Below, one piece after another: positions 15,302 to 24,792 of a stretch of 32,000 nucleotides of DNA. The position numbers and the translations under genes are program-made. Position 1 is the stretch's first letter. Each line of letters opens with the position of its first letter. The notes beneath the pieces were generated by a model. The model saw only the letters and a program-made list of their open reading frames with translations. It did not search any database and was not told the origin of the DNA. The DNA is from Candidatus Pacearchaeota archaeon (GTDB lineage: Archaea; Nanobdellota; Nanobdellia; Pacearchaeales; UBA284): contig CP061211.1 in the NCBI GenBank assembly GCA_026016245.1, forward strand, positions 678,725 to 710,724, given 5' to 3'.

Positions 15302-16798
15302 TTAACACTGTCCGCCTTGATTAGATGTTCCCCAACCAAATCCTGGATTTGGATTTTCTGTGCTTAGAGTTTCTGAACATTCACTTGGTTTTGTTGAAAA
15401 TGCCTCGCATAATTTTTGTTTAATATCTTCAGGACTTCTTGGCCAAATCTCAACAACTTGACCATCAATAACTGTAGTTGGACTTCCTTTTACATCATAT
15501 TTATCATTAAGAGTTTTATCTTCTTCAAAATAACTTTCTGCTTTTGATTCCATACAAGAGTTAAGTTTTGATTCATCTGTACCTATTTGTGTTAAACAGC
15601 TTTCATAATCACCAGATCCAGCATAACATTTTAAGTAGGGTATTAATTTTGAATATTGTTCTTCTCTTATGCAAATCATTCTATAATTCTCATCTTCTTC
15701 TTTTTGGCCATGCATTGTATAACTTACAAACCTTAATTCTATGTTAGCCTTGTCTTGGAATTTTTCCATAACTGGCAACATACCTTTTAACATCTGTAAG
15801 CCATAAGGACAGTAAGACATTATGAAAACTTGCATTGTTGGTGCTCCTTGAATTTTTGTTGCACTTCCTGTAGTACTTCCTTTTTCAATATATTTTTCGT
15901 GAAGTGTTACTTTAATTGTTATTTTCTGGCCAGCAAATTCAGGATTTGCATCCAAGAAAATGTGAGTATCATTCATATCTGTAACAATGGCTTCTGGAAA
16001 ATTTGGTAATTCCATTTCTTGTCCAATTTCTGGGGTTAGTGTCAGGGTGATTTTATTTTCTGTAAAGTTTATGTAAAGATCTCCGTTTGGTGTAGGGATA
16101 ATTGAATCTACACCAAGAAGTTTTAGCTTGATTTTATCTTCTGTGATTCCTATGACTTCAGCTGGGAAATATCCTAATGAAGCAATTTCATCACCTATTT
16201 TTGTTTCTATTGATAATTTTACTTTTGTGTCAGTGACTTCCAGAACTTTGTATTTCCATTGTGAGAATTGTAATGTATATATTTTGTCCACTTCTGGCTG
16301 TTCCTTAAATATCTCTATGAATTCATCTGTTGTTAGGGTATCTGTTCTATTTATCTCATTTATTCTATCAATTTCTTCTACTCTAACATATTCAAATACA
16401 AGCTCTTTATCATATTCTCCAAAAGCATCACTAGGTTCGAGCGTGATAGTTTTATCTTCACCTTCCTGCATGATTTCAATTTCCTGGTCAAGTTTATCTG
16501 TTTCAAATCCAAGAGATGAGGCAATTGTTCCTGGCATAAAACTTTTTGTGCCAGAATCAAGAATTGTGCCATCTGCGAGCTCAATACTATAGCTTATATT
16601 AGTCATTTCTTGAGTTGGTGTTGTTTTTGTTAAGATTAAAATTAGAACTATTATCAAAATAATTACAACAATAGCAAAAATACCAATACCAATTCTCTTC
16701 CAGTTTGGCTTTATTTTTGTTTTTGGCTTAGGATTAGGATCAGAAGTTGTTTCTTCTTTGTTTATTTCTACATCTCCCTTAGCCTCGTCTGTTTCCAT
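15302..16798 (-). CDS. Membrane-anchored exported fusion: SlyD-like FKBP peptidyl-prolyl isomerase (with IF-like insert) plus a DsbA-like thioredoxin-fold domain
   Basis: Basic N-terminus followed by a TM segment. FKBP pattern ISYSIELADGTILDS..LEPSDAFGEYDKELV and FLDANPEFAGQKITIKVTL (compare SlyD D.NHPLAGK.L.F). The C-terminal DsbA-like part is QVFIMSYCPYGLQ..GSPTTVIDG. Confidence 0.65.
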   Translation of the reverse strand: METDEAKGDVEINKEETTSDPNPKPKTKIKPNWKRIGIGIFAIVVIILIIVLILILTKTTPTQEMTNISYSIELADGTILDSGTKSFMPGTIASSLGFETDKLDQEIEIMQEGEDKTITLEPSDAFGEYDKELVFEYVRVEEIDRINEINRTDTLTTDEFIEIFKEQPEVDKIYTLQFSQWKYKVLEVTDTKVKLSIETKIGDEIASLGYFPAEVIGITEDKIKLKLLGVDSIIPTPNGDLYINFTENKITLTLTPEIGQEMELPNFPEAIVTDMNDTHIFLDANPEFAGQKITIKVTLHEKYIEKGSTTGSATKIQGAPTMQVFIMSYCPYGLQMLKGMLPVMEKFQDKANIELRFVSYTMHGQKEEDENYRMICIREEQYSKLIPYLKCYAGSGDYESCLTQIGTDESKLNSCMESKAESYFEEDKTLNDKYDVKGSPTTVIDGQVVEIWPRSPEDIKQKLCEAFSTKPSECSETLSTENPNPGFGWGTSNQGGQC

Positions 16799-16819
16799 TT
16801 CTGTTTTAGACTTATATTC

Positions 16820-16827
16820 TTTAAAAA
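16820..16827 (-). promoter_or_regulatory. TATA box (TTTTTAAA on the minus strand)
   Basis: 29 nt upstream of minus-strand ATG 16798. Confidence 0.5.
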
Positions 16828-16843
16828 TCTTTCGAACTAAAAA

Positions 16844-16851
16844 TTTATAAG
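16844..16851 (+). promoter_or_regulatory. TATA box TTTATAAG
   Basis: 44 nt upstream of ATG 16888. The SD-like AGAGGT lies 5-10 nt before the ATG, so this unit has a leader. Confidence 0.45.
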
Positions 16852-16887
16852 TTACTCCTTCTTGATTTTTTTGAAAAAGAGGTTGAG

Positions 16888-18216
16888 ATGCCAGAAGATA
16901 TTATTATTGGAAGGAGTGAGGCTGATAAAAAAAGATTTGGTTCTGAAGCTTTGATATATCTAGGCAAGCATTTTGTGAAGATGGGCCAGATTACTAGTTT
17001 GAGTAATAAGATTATGATGGATGTTGCTCGAGCTCACATAGTTCTTGTGGCAGGAAAGAGAGGAAGTGGAAAATCATACACCTTAGGTGTTATTTCTGAG
17101 GAAATAAGTAATTTGCCTAGGGCTGTCAGTCAAAATATGGCTGTGCTGATTTTTGATACTATGGGAATTTTTTGGACCATGGCTTATAGGAATGAGAAGG
17201 AAAGGGAGTTGTTGAAAGAATGGAGGCTTGAGGCAAGGAAATTGGATGTAAATATTTTTGTTCCTTTTGGTTATGCTGAGAAATGGCGCGAGAAAGGAAT
17301 TCCTGTCACTAAGGAATTTGCTATTAAAGTTAGTGAGATTGAGGTTGATGATTGGATTTTGACTTTTGGATTGGATTTTATTGATCCTATTGCTATTGTT
17401 ATTGCAAGAAATGTTACTAAGTTAAGAGAAGGACTTGAAGAAGAAACTATCAGGGATTTTGATGTTGATGATATAATTAAAGCTATAAGGCTGGATAAAG
17501 ACGCTGGAAAAGATGAGAGAGATGCTGCTGTTAATTTATTTGGAGGGGCTAAGACATGGGGGATTTTTGCTTCTAAAAAACAGAAAGGAACCAAGATTTC
17601 TGAGCTGATAAGTGCTGGCAAAACTTCTGTTCTGGATTTAAGTGCTTATTCAAGTGTTGGAACTGTAAATATTCGCGCTTTGGTTATTGGCATTATTTCA
17701 AAAAAATTGTTTAAGCAAAGAATGACTGCAAGAAAACATGAAGAAATCGAGGCTGTCAGGCATGGTTTAGATTATTTATATTACAAGGAGAAGAGAGAGA
17801 TGCCAATGGTGTGGATTTGTATTGATGAAGGACACGAATTTCTGCCATTGACAGGCAAGACTGCTGCAACTGATGCTCTTATACAGTTGCTTAGAGAAGG
17901 AAGGCAGCCTGGCATAAGTTTGGTTATAGCAACTCAACAGCCTGGTCAAATCCATAAAGATGTTATGACGCAGTCAGATATTGTTGTAAGCCATAGAGTT
18001 ACTGCTAAACCAGATATAGATTCCTTGAATTATATAATGCAGACTTATTTGCTGGCTGATATTAAAACTTATTTAGATAATTTACCTCGGTTGAAAGGTT
18101 CTGCAATCATATTAGATGATAACAGCGAGAGGATTTATCCTATGAGAGTCAGGCCAAGATTCACATGGCATGGTGGTGAAGCCCCAACTGCTGTTAGAGT
18201 AAAAAAAAGAATTTGA
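16888..18216 (+). CDS. HerA/FtsK-superfamily (DUF87-type) P-loop ATPase
   Basis: Walker A is AGKRGSGKSYT and Walker B is VWICIDEGHEF. The HerA-type REGRQPGISLVIATQQP..QSDIVVSHRV motif is present. Only about 50 aa precede Walker A. Confidence 0.8.
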   Translation: MPEDIIIGRSEADKKRFGSEALIYLGKHFVKMGQITSLSNKIMMDVARAHIVLVAGKRGSGKSYTLGVISEEISNLPRAVSQNMAVLIFDTMGIFWTMAYRNEKERELLKEWRLEARKLDVNIFVPFGYAEKWREKGIPVTKEFAIKVSEIEVDDWILTFGLDFIDPIAIVIARNVTKLREGLEEETIRDFDVDDIIKAIRLDKDAGKDERDAAVNLFGGAKTWGIFASKKQKGTKISELISAGKTSVLDLSAYSSVGTVNIRALVIGIISKKLFKQRMTARKHEEIEAVRHGLDYLYYKEKREMPMVWICIDEGHEFLPLTGKTAATDALIQLLREGRQPGISLVIATQQPGQIHKDVMTQSDIVVSHRVTAKPDIDSLNYIMQTYLLADIKTYLDNLPRLKGSAIILDDNSERIYPMRVRPRFTWHGGEAPTAVRVKKRI

Positions 18217-18259
18217 GGAAGGGAATAGTTACTATTGTTTAATGACAATAAACGAAAAG

Positions 18260-18267
18260 TTTATAAG
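18260..18267 (+). promoter_or_regulatory. TATA box TTTATAAG
   Basis: 30 nt upstream of ATG 18290. Confidence 0.5.
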
Positions 18268-18289
18268 TTAGAAATTCTTATTTTTTCTG

Positions 18290-20422
18290 ATGGCAGAGTT
18301 AGAAAGTCTTTTTAATGGAAATGGAAAACCTCTAGTTAAAGGCATTAATTTCTCATTTAGTGATCTTCATCTTTTTGAAAAAGGTGAACCAAGATTATAT
18401 ATTGAGAAAAAGATACAAAGGCAAGAATTTCTACCAGTTATTTATGTAGAATATGCTCTTGAATTAGGTGAAGCTTTAAAAAGTCTTTTTAAAAGTATGG
18501 TTGGTAATTTTTCTACATGTATTAGTGATTTGGGTGAGAAATTAAGTAAGAAAGAAGAAAAATCAAGAAAAAAATATTCAAGGAGAGAAGAGCAGGAAGA
18601 ACAGCAAAGAAAAATAGATATAAAATTTGCTGGTAGAGTAAACCCACTATTTAATTTTAAATTAATCTGGCCTAAAGAAGAACTAGAATTTTTTGAAAAA
18701 ACAGCTTGGCAAGATAGAGATTTTAATGCTTTAGAAGAAGTTGTATCAGAGGTTAGGGGAACTAGGGGATATGATCTTGTAAAGGAACAATATATAAAAA
18801 ATATATTAGAAAAAATACCTCCTCAGGCTGAAGGAACTGAAAAAGCTAATATGGCTCTTCTTTCAATCGTCTCTCATGCTCATAATTATTTCAAAAAAGT
18901 TGAGAAAATGCTGAATGGCGTTCCTATGTGTAATAAAAACTTATTCAGATATAAAATTGCTTGTCCTATCTTAGAAGAAATTTTGGGAGAAAAAAATATA
19001 GAAGAGATTACAAAAAAATCTTCTTATTCCTATTTTTCATCCCCATTTTTTATAGTTTCAGGAAATGATTTTGAAATTTCTGATGTTATGCTTTACTTAG
19101 GAAAAGTGGATCCTATAAATTATTTGCTTATGGATAGAGAAGTTAAAAGAATTGTAAAACAGAAATTTAATGAAGAAGATTATTCTATTTTAGATGTATT
19201 TCCAGAAAGAGAGAAAAAAACAAGGAAAAATATTTTAAAAAGAATATTGGGTGAAGAATTAACAGAAATAAATAATGAGATGGAAACTTTTGCCAGAGAC
19301 CCAAGAATAGCAAGTAAAATCTTAGATACTATGTCTAGTGATTTAAAAAATAAAGGAATTAATGGAGAGGAAATAGAAAATTATATTTCTACATTGAAAA
19401 AGATCAAACAATCAGAAATTATTAATTTTCTTTCTGGTGTCATAGAAGAAACAAGCAGGGTGGAGAATAAAGAATTATATGAAAAAGGCTCTATTTATAT
19501 TATAAATAAAAATGCGCCGATAAGAAGGTCAAGAACAAAAGCTGTTTGCCAATCTACAGACATGAGGCATTCCCAATCATTTGATGATGAGAATAGGCAA
19601 CAGGTGATTGATGAAGTTCTAGGAGCTGGATCTATATTAGATAAACTTTTCAAAAGATATAGAATATGCAAGCATGATGTTTCATTGGGAGATGCAATAG
19701 AAGGAGTTGATATAACTGAATTCAAATACCTAAATACTCTTCTCTCACAACAAGATTTTTTTAGAGATCTAGAAAAATGGATGAAGGAGGGTAGGATTCC
19801 GAAATCATTAAGAGAAGAAGCAAAGTTTGGTAGCGTGATTTGTACTGGTGAAATATATGAAGATGATCTAAAAAAATACGTTAAAAATACTTGGAGTAAT
19901 TTAAGATATTTAACAGAATCTGGAAAGCCTGAGTCTGGGTTGATTATTAATGGTCAAAAGACCCGCTTTGAGAATACAGGCCTCATAGTTACTGGGGATT
20001 TTATAGATGGCCTTAAAAAGAACATTGAAGAAGTTGTAGGTTACATGAAGAAAGATGAATCCAGATGGATAGTCCCAGAACGTATAAGGTCTTGGTATGA
20101 AAATAAAATAAGAGAGATAAGAGCACAAATAAAAGACAAGAAACAGTTTGAGGGTATTAATCTTTATTTAACAGATGGTATTACAAATCCTATACAAATA
20201 CTAGAAGACCTAGGCAAGAGAATAAAAGAAGAGAGAAAAGAAGCTGAAATTTCTATGCTGGAAAATATCAAAATAAAATATTGGAGAACCCCTCTTTTAG
20301 AAACTATTTATCATCTAGGGCGTCCCATTAAAGGCAAGGGAGATTATGATATATATTTCATACCCATGGGTGAAGAGCAAAAGAAAGATTATAACAGGGT
20401 TCTTATATTCGGCGAGGTCTAG
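18290..20422 (+). CDS. Large K/E-rich soluble hypothetical protein (710 aa), no motif recognised
   Basis: Long uninterrupted ORF with its own TATA box. I see no TM segment or signal peptide. Confidence 0.7.
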   Translation: MAELESLFNGNGKPLVKGINFSFSDLHLFEKGEPRLYIEKKIQRQEFLPVIYVEYALELGEALKSLFKSMVGNFSTCISDLGEKLSKKEEKSRKKYSRREEQEEQQRKIDIKFAGRVNPLFNFKLIWPKEELEFFEKTAWQDRDFNALEEVVSEVRGTRGYDLVKEQYIKNILEKIPPQAEGTEKANMALLSIVSHAHNYFKKVEKMLNGVPMCNKNLFRYKIACPILEEILGEKNIEEITKKSSYSYFSSPFFIVSGNDFEISDVMLYLGKVDPINYLLMDREVKRIVKQKFNEEDYSILDVFPEREKKTRKNILKRILGEELTEINNEMETFARDPRIASKILDTMSSDLKNKGINGEEIENYISTLKKIKQSEIINFLSGVIEETSRVENKELYEKGSIYIINKNAPIRRSRTKAVCQSTDMRHSQSFDDENRQQVIDEVLGAGSILDKLFKRYRICKHDVSLGDAIEGVDITEFKYLNTLLSQQDFFRDLEKWMKEGRIPKSLREEAKFGSVICTGEIYEDDLKKYVKNTWSNLRYLTESGKPESGLIINGQKTRFENTGLIVTGDFIDGLKKNIEEVVGYMKKDESRWIVPERIRSWYENKIREIRAQIKDKKQFEGINLYLTDGITNPIQILEDLGKRIKEERKEAEISMLENIKIKYWRTPLLETIYHLGRPIKGKGDYDIYFIPMGEEQKKDYNRVLIFGEV

Positions 20423-20469
20423 ATATTAAACTTAAAGAATAAAAATGTCATCACTCAAAAATAAAAAAT

Positions 20470-20477
20470 TTTATAAG
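20470..20477 (+). promoter_or_regulatory. TATA box TTTATAAG
   Basis: 29 nt upstream of ATG 20499. Confidence 0.5.
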
Positions 20478-20498
20478 ATAAAGAATATTAGTTAAAAA

Positions 20499-21917
20499 AT
20501 GGCAGATAAAAACGAAAACCTTTCAATAATAACCTCAAAAATTGTAGAGGCAGAAATAGGCTGTATTATAAAAACAAAGAAAGGAGATAAATACAGGTTA
20601 GTTGGGACAGCACCGATAACAAAAATAAAAAAAGATTCAACTTTTGGCCCTAGAATTATCGAAATAATAGCTTATAAAAAAGGGCAAAAGAAAGGAAAGA
20701 AGAAATTAGATAGAGATAGAGAAAAAGAAATGAAAAATGAAATTAACAAGATGACTGAAACACTATTTGGTAAAAGCTATGATTATAACAATGAAATCCC
20801 TCTTGATATTCTTTACGAGATGCTAGATAGATATAAGGTAGGTGCTCTTAGAGAATTTGATGAAACTGCAAGAAAAGAGATTTACAAAAAAATTGGGTGG
20901 TATGTAAACTCTAATCCAAATACTCGGATGCAGCACTGTAACAATGAAAACCCTAAAGATAAAATAAGTTTCTCTGAAATTAAAAATAATGATGAAGTTA
21001 AAGTTAGTACATATTTAACTTACGAACCTTATTATTCATTAGAAGACTGCCTTAGAGATATGGACTTGAGCGTGGAGAGTATATATGAAGTTATTGAAAA
21101 AAAAGAAAAAGACAATGATAAAGAAAGAGAAAGAAAATTTGAGGCAAAGAAGAAATTATATTGGAATAAAACAATAAAAGCATTGAGTAACAGGGAATTT
21201 CCTTTAAATCTTGCTTTAGTTCTTCTTTCTTATTCAACTAGTGAAAATATCAGAAGAAAAGCAAAAGAAAATCTTTTTTCATATATAAAGGATGATGTTG
21301 TAATAGATGGTCCAAGATCTAAACAAGATGCACAGCAACTAGATTTTACATTTACTAGGGGAAATGGTGATCATCAACTTGTGGTATATTGGTTAAAATA
21401 TCTGAAAGAAGGAAATCTTCTGAATTCAATTATTGGAAAAATTGCTGAAGATAAAAAGAAGTATCCTGGCGAAGATTTAGAGAGAAAAAAGAAAAGAATT
21501 TATGATCTCTATAATGCTCGTGAAAAAGAAACCTTATATGAAGTTAGTATCAGAGCTAGTGATGTGTTGAAACAGAAAATTATGATTGGAATGATTAAGG
21601 AGGGTGTTGATTATAACTTCTTGGATAGCGCTCTTTTTTCAGACTTATTTGTGTGGAAGGGTAAGAATGATAGAAGAATTATTATGTTGAGACCTTATGA
21701 TGAGAGTTATTTATCTGAACCAGTAAACTTAGATGAAAGGACTAGAAAACTTTCCAAAGATTTGGATAAGTTAAAAATAGAAACAGAGTTACGTAATGAA
21801 TACTACAAAATATTTAGGAATGTAGGTGTTGGAACACAGATAATTAGCGCAGAAGGGAAAGATCTAGTGGAAGTAAAAAATACATTCTTTAAATATATTA
21901 TTCCTTCTATTCTATGA
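20499..21917 (+). CDS. K/E-rich soluble hypothetical protein (472 aa), no motif recognised
   Basis: Long uninterrupted ORF with its own TATA box and no TM segment. Confidence 0.7.
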   Translation: MADKNENLSIITSKIVEAEIGCIIKTKKGDKYRLVGTAPITKIKKDSTFGPRIIEIIAYKKGQKKGKKKLDRDREKEMKNEINKMTETLFGKSYDYNNEIPLDILYEMLDRYKVGALREFDETARKEIYKKIGWYVNSNPNTRMQHCNNENPKDKISFSEIKNNDEVKVSTYLTYEPYYSLEDCLRDMDLSVESIYEVIEKKEKDNDKERERKFEAKKKLYWNKTIKALSNREFPLNLALVLLSYSTSENIRRKAKENLFSYIKDDVVIDGPRSKQDAQQLDFTFTRGNGDHQLVVYWLKYLKEGNLLNSIIGKIAEDKKKYPGEDLERKKKRIYDLYNAREKETLYEVSIRASDVLKQKIMIGMIKEGVDYNFLDSALFSDLFVWKGKNDRRIIMLRPYDESYLSEPVNLDERTRKLSKDLDKLKIETELRNEYYKIFRNVGVGTQIISAEGKDLVEVKNTFFKYIIPSIL

Positions 21918-21923
21918 GAAGAT

Positions 21924-21931
21924 TTTTAAAA
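21924..21931 (+). promoter_or_regulatory. TATA-like TTTTAAAA
   Basis: 28 nt upstream of ATG 21952. Confidence 0.45.
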
Positions 21932-21951
21932 AAGAAAAACTTCTTCTATTT

Positions 21952-23220
21952 ATGCTTTGGACACATGTAGTATTGTATATTATTGCATATTTTGGCCTGT
22001 TTACAGCTAGTTTTTTTCTCTTGACTTATTTTGGAGGCAGAAAAAAAGAGCGTGATCCTGAACCAAAGCGTTTTCCTTTTGTTTCCATAATCATAAACAT
22101 GTGGAATGAGGAGAAAGCGATAGCTAGAACTATGAGATCTATACTTAACTTAGATTACCCAAAAAACAAGTATGAGATTATTGTTGTTGATGACGGTTCG
22201 ACTGACAGAACTTATGAGATAGCAAAATCTTATTCTGGATCTTTACCCCATGTTCGTGTATTTAAGAAAGAGAATGGCGGAGCAGCCTCAGCAAAAAATT
22301 ATGGTTTGAAAAAAGCTAGAGGAGAGATTATTGCTACTCTTGATGCAGATTCTTTTGTTTCAAAAGATGCCTTAAAAAAGATGGTGGGTTATTTTGAAGA
22401 TAAAGATGTATGGTCTGTTACAGCTGCTTTAAATGTTTACAAGCCCAAAAGATTCCTGCAACATTTACAGTGGGCAGAATACATAATGAGTATCTTTCTA
22501 AGGAAGGTTTTCAGTATAGCAGATGCTATCCATGTTATTCCTGGTCCTTTTTCCCTGTTCAGAAAGGAATTCTTCAAAAAGCATGGAGATTTTGATGAAG
22601 GTAATATAACAGAAGATACAGAAATAGCAATGCGCATACAGTCTTTAGAATATAAAATCAAGAATAGTGTAAGTGCAAACATCTATACTCTCTTACCAAG
22701 CACACTTGGCGGATTAATGAAGCAAAGAATAAGATGGTATTATGGTTTTATACATAATTCTTTACAATATAAACAACTTTTCAATCCAATCAGAAGAAGA
22801 GATAATCTTGCTGTTTTAATTCTTCCAGCAGCACTTATCTCAGTTGTTCTCTCAATTCTTGCTGTCTTCATATTCTTTTATGAAAATATAATTTTGTTGG
22901 AAGATAACGTAATAAGGCTTATGGTAACAGATTTTGATATTTTGCCTAGTTTATTGAGTATTGATTGGGGATATATCAAAGAATTTATTATTAGTTATGT
23001 TTCAAATCCACTTATTGCTTTTATTATAATTGGTATGGCATGCGCTGCTATGCTTATTATTTTAGGGAAAAAAGAATCAAAAGAGAAAAGAAAAATGGTC
23101 TGGGCTTTTGTTTCCTTTTTCCTTACTTACTGGTTTTTTTATGCTTCGTGGTGGATAGGAACTTTTATTTATCGTGGTGTTTTAAGAAGAAAAATTAAGT
23201 GGGGGCCCAGATATTATTAA
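21952..23220 (+). CDS. Membrane-integrated processive family-2 glycosyltransferase (PgaC/IcaA/NodC/cellulose-synthase-like)
   Basis: Motifs VVDDGSTD, LDADS, TEDTE and QRIRWYYG (D,D,D,QxxRW), with TM segments at both ends. Confidence 0.8.
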   Translation: MLWTHVVLYIIAYFGLFTASFFLLTYFGGRKKERDPEPKRFPFVSIIINMWNEEKAIARTMRSILNLDYPKNKYEIIVVDDGSTDRTYEIAKSYSGSLPHVRVFKKENGGAASAKNYGLKKARGEIIATLDADSFVSKDALKKMVGYFEDKDVWSVTAALNVYKPKRFLQHLQWAEYIMSIFLRKVFSIADAIHVIPGPFSLFRKEFFKKHGDFDEGNITEDTEIAMRIQSLEYKIKNSVSANIYTLLPSTLGGLMKQRIRWYYGFIHNSLQYKQLFNPIRRRDNLAVLILPAALISVVLSILAVFIFFYENIILLEDNVIRLMVTDFDILPSLLSIDWGYIKEFIISYVSNPLIAFIIIGMACAAMLIILGKKESKEKRKMVWAFVSFFLTYWFFYASWWIGTFIYRGVLRRKIKWGPRYY

Positions 23221-23227
23221 AAAGAAA

Positions 23228-23920
23228 ATGATAATTGGAAAAAGAGGTATAAGTCATTTTGAATTAATAACAGCGATATTAATTTTTATTTTTGCTATAG
23301 CTGTCATTGTTTATTTTATAAATACTGGTATGAAAATAGACACTTCACAAGCTGTTCTAGATGCTCTTGAAGCCAATCTTAAAGAAAATGCTGAAATTGA
23401 ATATGGAAAGATTTTATTGTTTGCTGATTCTGATGCAAATTGTTTTAATATTTCTCTTCATTCTGATTTAAGTGAGGATTTTCTTACTTTTATTAAAAAT
23501 GGGGATGGTGTTGCTTTTAATTTTTCAAATGGGTGGCTTTTAATAAATAATACAGGACAAAATCTTTACAAAATTTATTTTTTTCCTGTTAATATGACTA
23601 AAGATATAAGGTTAGAAGATGGAGAGTGTACTGAATTAACACAAGGCCAAGATTATAATTATAGCATAATATATCGTGGCAAAATTTTTACAGAAAAAAA
23701 TCTTTCACAGCTTGAAAATATGGATTATGGAAACTTAAAATCAATGTTTAATTTAGGAAATAAGGATTTTGAGATTAGAATTAATGCTTTAGATATTCAT
23801 ATTGGTGAGAAAATTCCGCCAGAGCAGGTTGAGGTTCAGGTAAGAGAGATTTTTGTGGATATTATTTTGGAAGATGGAACAATAATCAAAAAAGCAAAAA
23901 TAAATATGAAAGTTTGGTAA
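23228..23920 (+). CDS. Pilin-like protein with an archaeal class III (type IV prepilin-like) signal
   Basis: Sequence MIIGKRG|ISHFELITAILIFIFAIAVIVYFI has a basic residue, then Gly, then a hydrophobic helix. Confidence 0.55.
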   Translation: MIIGKRGISHFELITAILIFIFAIAVIVYFINTGMKIDTSQAVLDALEANLKENAEIEYGKILLFADSDANCFNISLHSDLSEDFLTFIKNGDGVAFNFSNGWLLINNTGQNLYKIYFFPVNMTKDIRLEDGECTELTQGQDYNYSIIYRGKIFTEKNLSQLENMDYGNLKSMFNLGNKDFEIRINALDIHIGEKIPPEQVEVQVREIFVDIILEDGTIIKKAKINMKVW

Positions 23921-23926
23921 AATAAA

Positions 23927-24349
23927 ATGTTGAAGAGAAAAGAGGGATGGATATTAATTGTTGAATCTGTTATTGCAATTATGATTCTGTTTGGTTTTCT
24001 TTTTACAACAATAGCCAAGCAGTCAGAACAGATAAAAGTTGTGGATAAGGGAGAGTATCTCTATAATGTAGTTAATGAACTTGCATTTAGAGCTGAAAAA
24101 AATGAAACAATAAGAAATTTTGCTCTAAAAGAAAAAAAAGATGAAGTTAAGTCATTATTAATCATTGAACTTAGTGAAATGAATGTTAAAGGAATAATCT
24201 TAGAATCAAAAATTTGTAATCCTGATGATGAATTTTGTGATATTCCTGTATCAGAAGATGTAGGGGATATTTATAGCTCAGAGATTATTATAGCTACAAA
24301 TTCAACAAGTTATGAGACAAAAAAATTAAAAATTTTTATTTGGGAATAA
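23927..24349 (+). CDS. Pilin-like protein with a class III-like signal
   Basis: Sequence MLKRKEG|WILIVESVIAIMILFGFLF has an early Glu after the Gly, as in type IV (pseudo)pilins. Confidence 0.5.
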   Translation: MLKRKEGWILIVESVIAIMILFGFLFTTIAKQSEQIKVVDKGEYLYNVVNELAFRAEKNETIRNFALKEKKDEVKSLLIIELSEMNVKGIILESKICNPDDEFCDIPVSEDVGDIYSSEIIIATNSTSYETKKLKIFIWE

Positions 24350-24365
24350 AAAATGAGGAATAAAA

Positions 24366-24788
24366 ATGAAGAAATATGAATTTCTCGAGCATACAGCTGA
24401 TGTTTTTATAGTTGGAAATGGCAAAACATTAGAAGAGGCTTTTCAAAATTGCGCACTTGGTTTGAGTCAGTATATGGTTAATCTGGGGGATGTTGAAAAG
24501 AAAATTCAGAAAAAAATTATGGCTAAGGGAACTGATTTAAAATCTCTTCTTGTTGAATTTCTAACACAATTTCTGATTTTACATGATTCAGAAAATCTTG
24601 TTTTTTCATCTATAAAAGTAACTAAATTTGATGATAAGAATTTTGAAATCGAGGCTATTATTGAGGGAGAGGAATTTGATCCAGAAAAGCATAAACAAGG
24701 AACTTTAATTAAGGCAATAACATATCATGAGCTTGAGATTAAAGAAAAAGAAGGCATTTATTCAGTAAAAGTCTTAGTGGACATATAA
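24366..24788 (+). CDS. Archease (RtcB activator)
   Basis: Sequence MKKYEFLEHTADVFIVGNGKTLEEAF..IKAITYHELEI. Confidence 0.85.
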   Translation: MKKYEFLEHTADVFIVGNGKTLEEAFQNCALGLSQYMVNLGDVEKKIQKKIMAKGTDLKSLLVEFLTQFLILHDSENLVFSSIKVTKFDDKNFEIEAIIEGEEFDPEKHKQGTLIKAITYHELEIKEKEGIYSVKVLVDI

Positions 24789-24792
24789 TAAG

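Noticed and set aside
16888-18216. HerA as part of the canonical HerA-NurA-Mre11-Rad50 DNA end-resection operon.
   Set aside because: None of the flanking ORFs shows NurA, Mre11 phosphoesterase (D.H..GD..H) or Rad50 (Walker A/coiled coil/signature) motifs. The protein is also shorter at its N-terminus than typical HerA.
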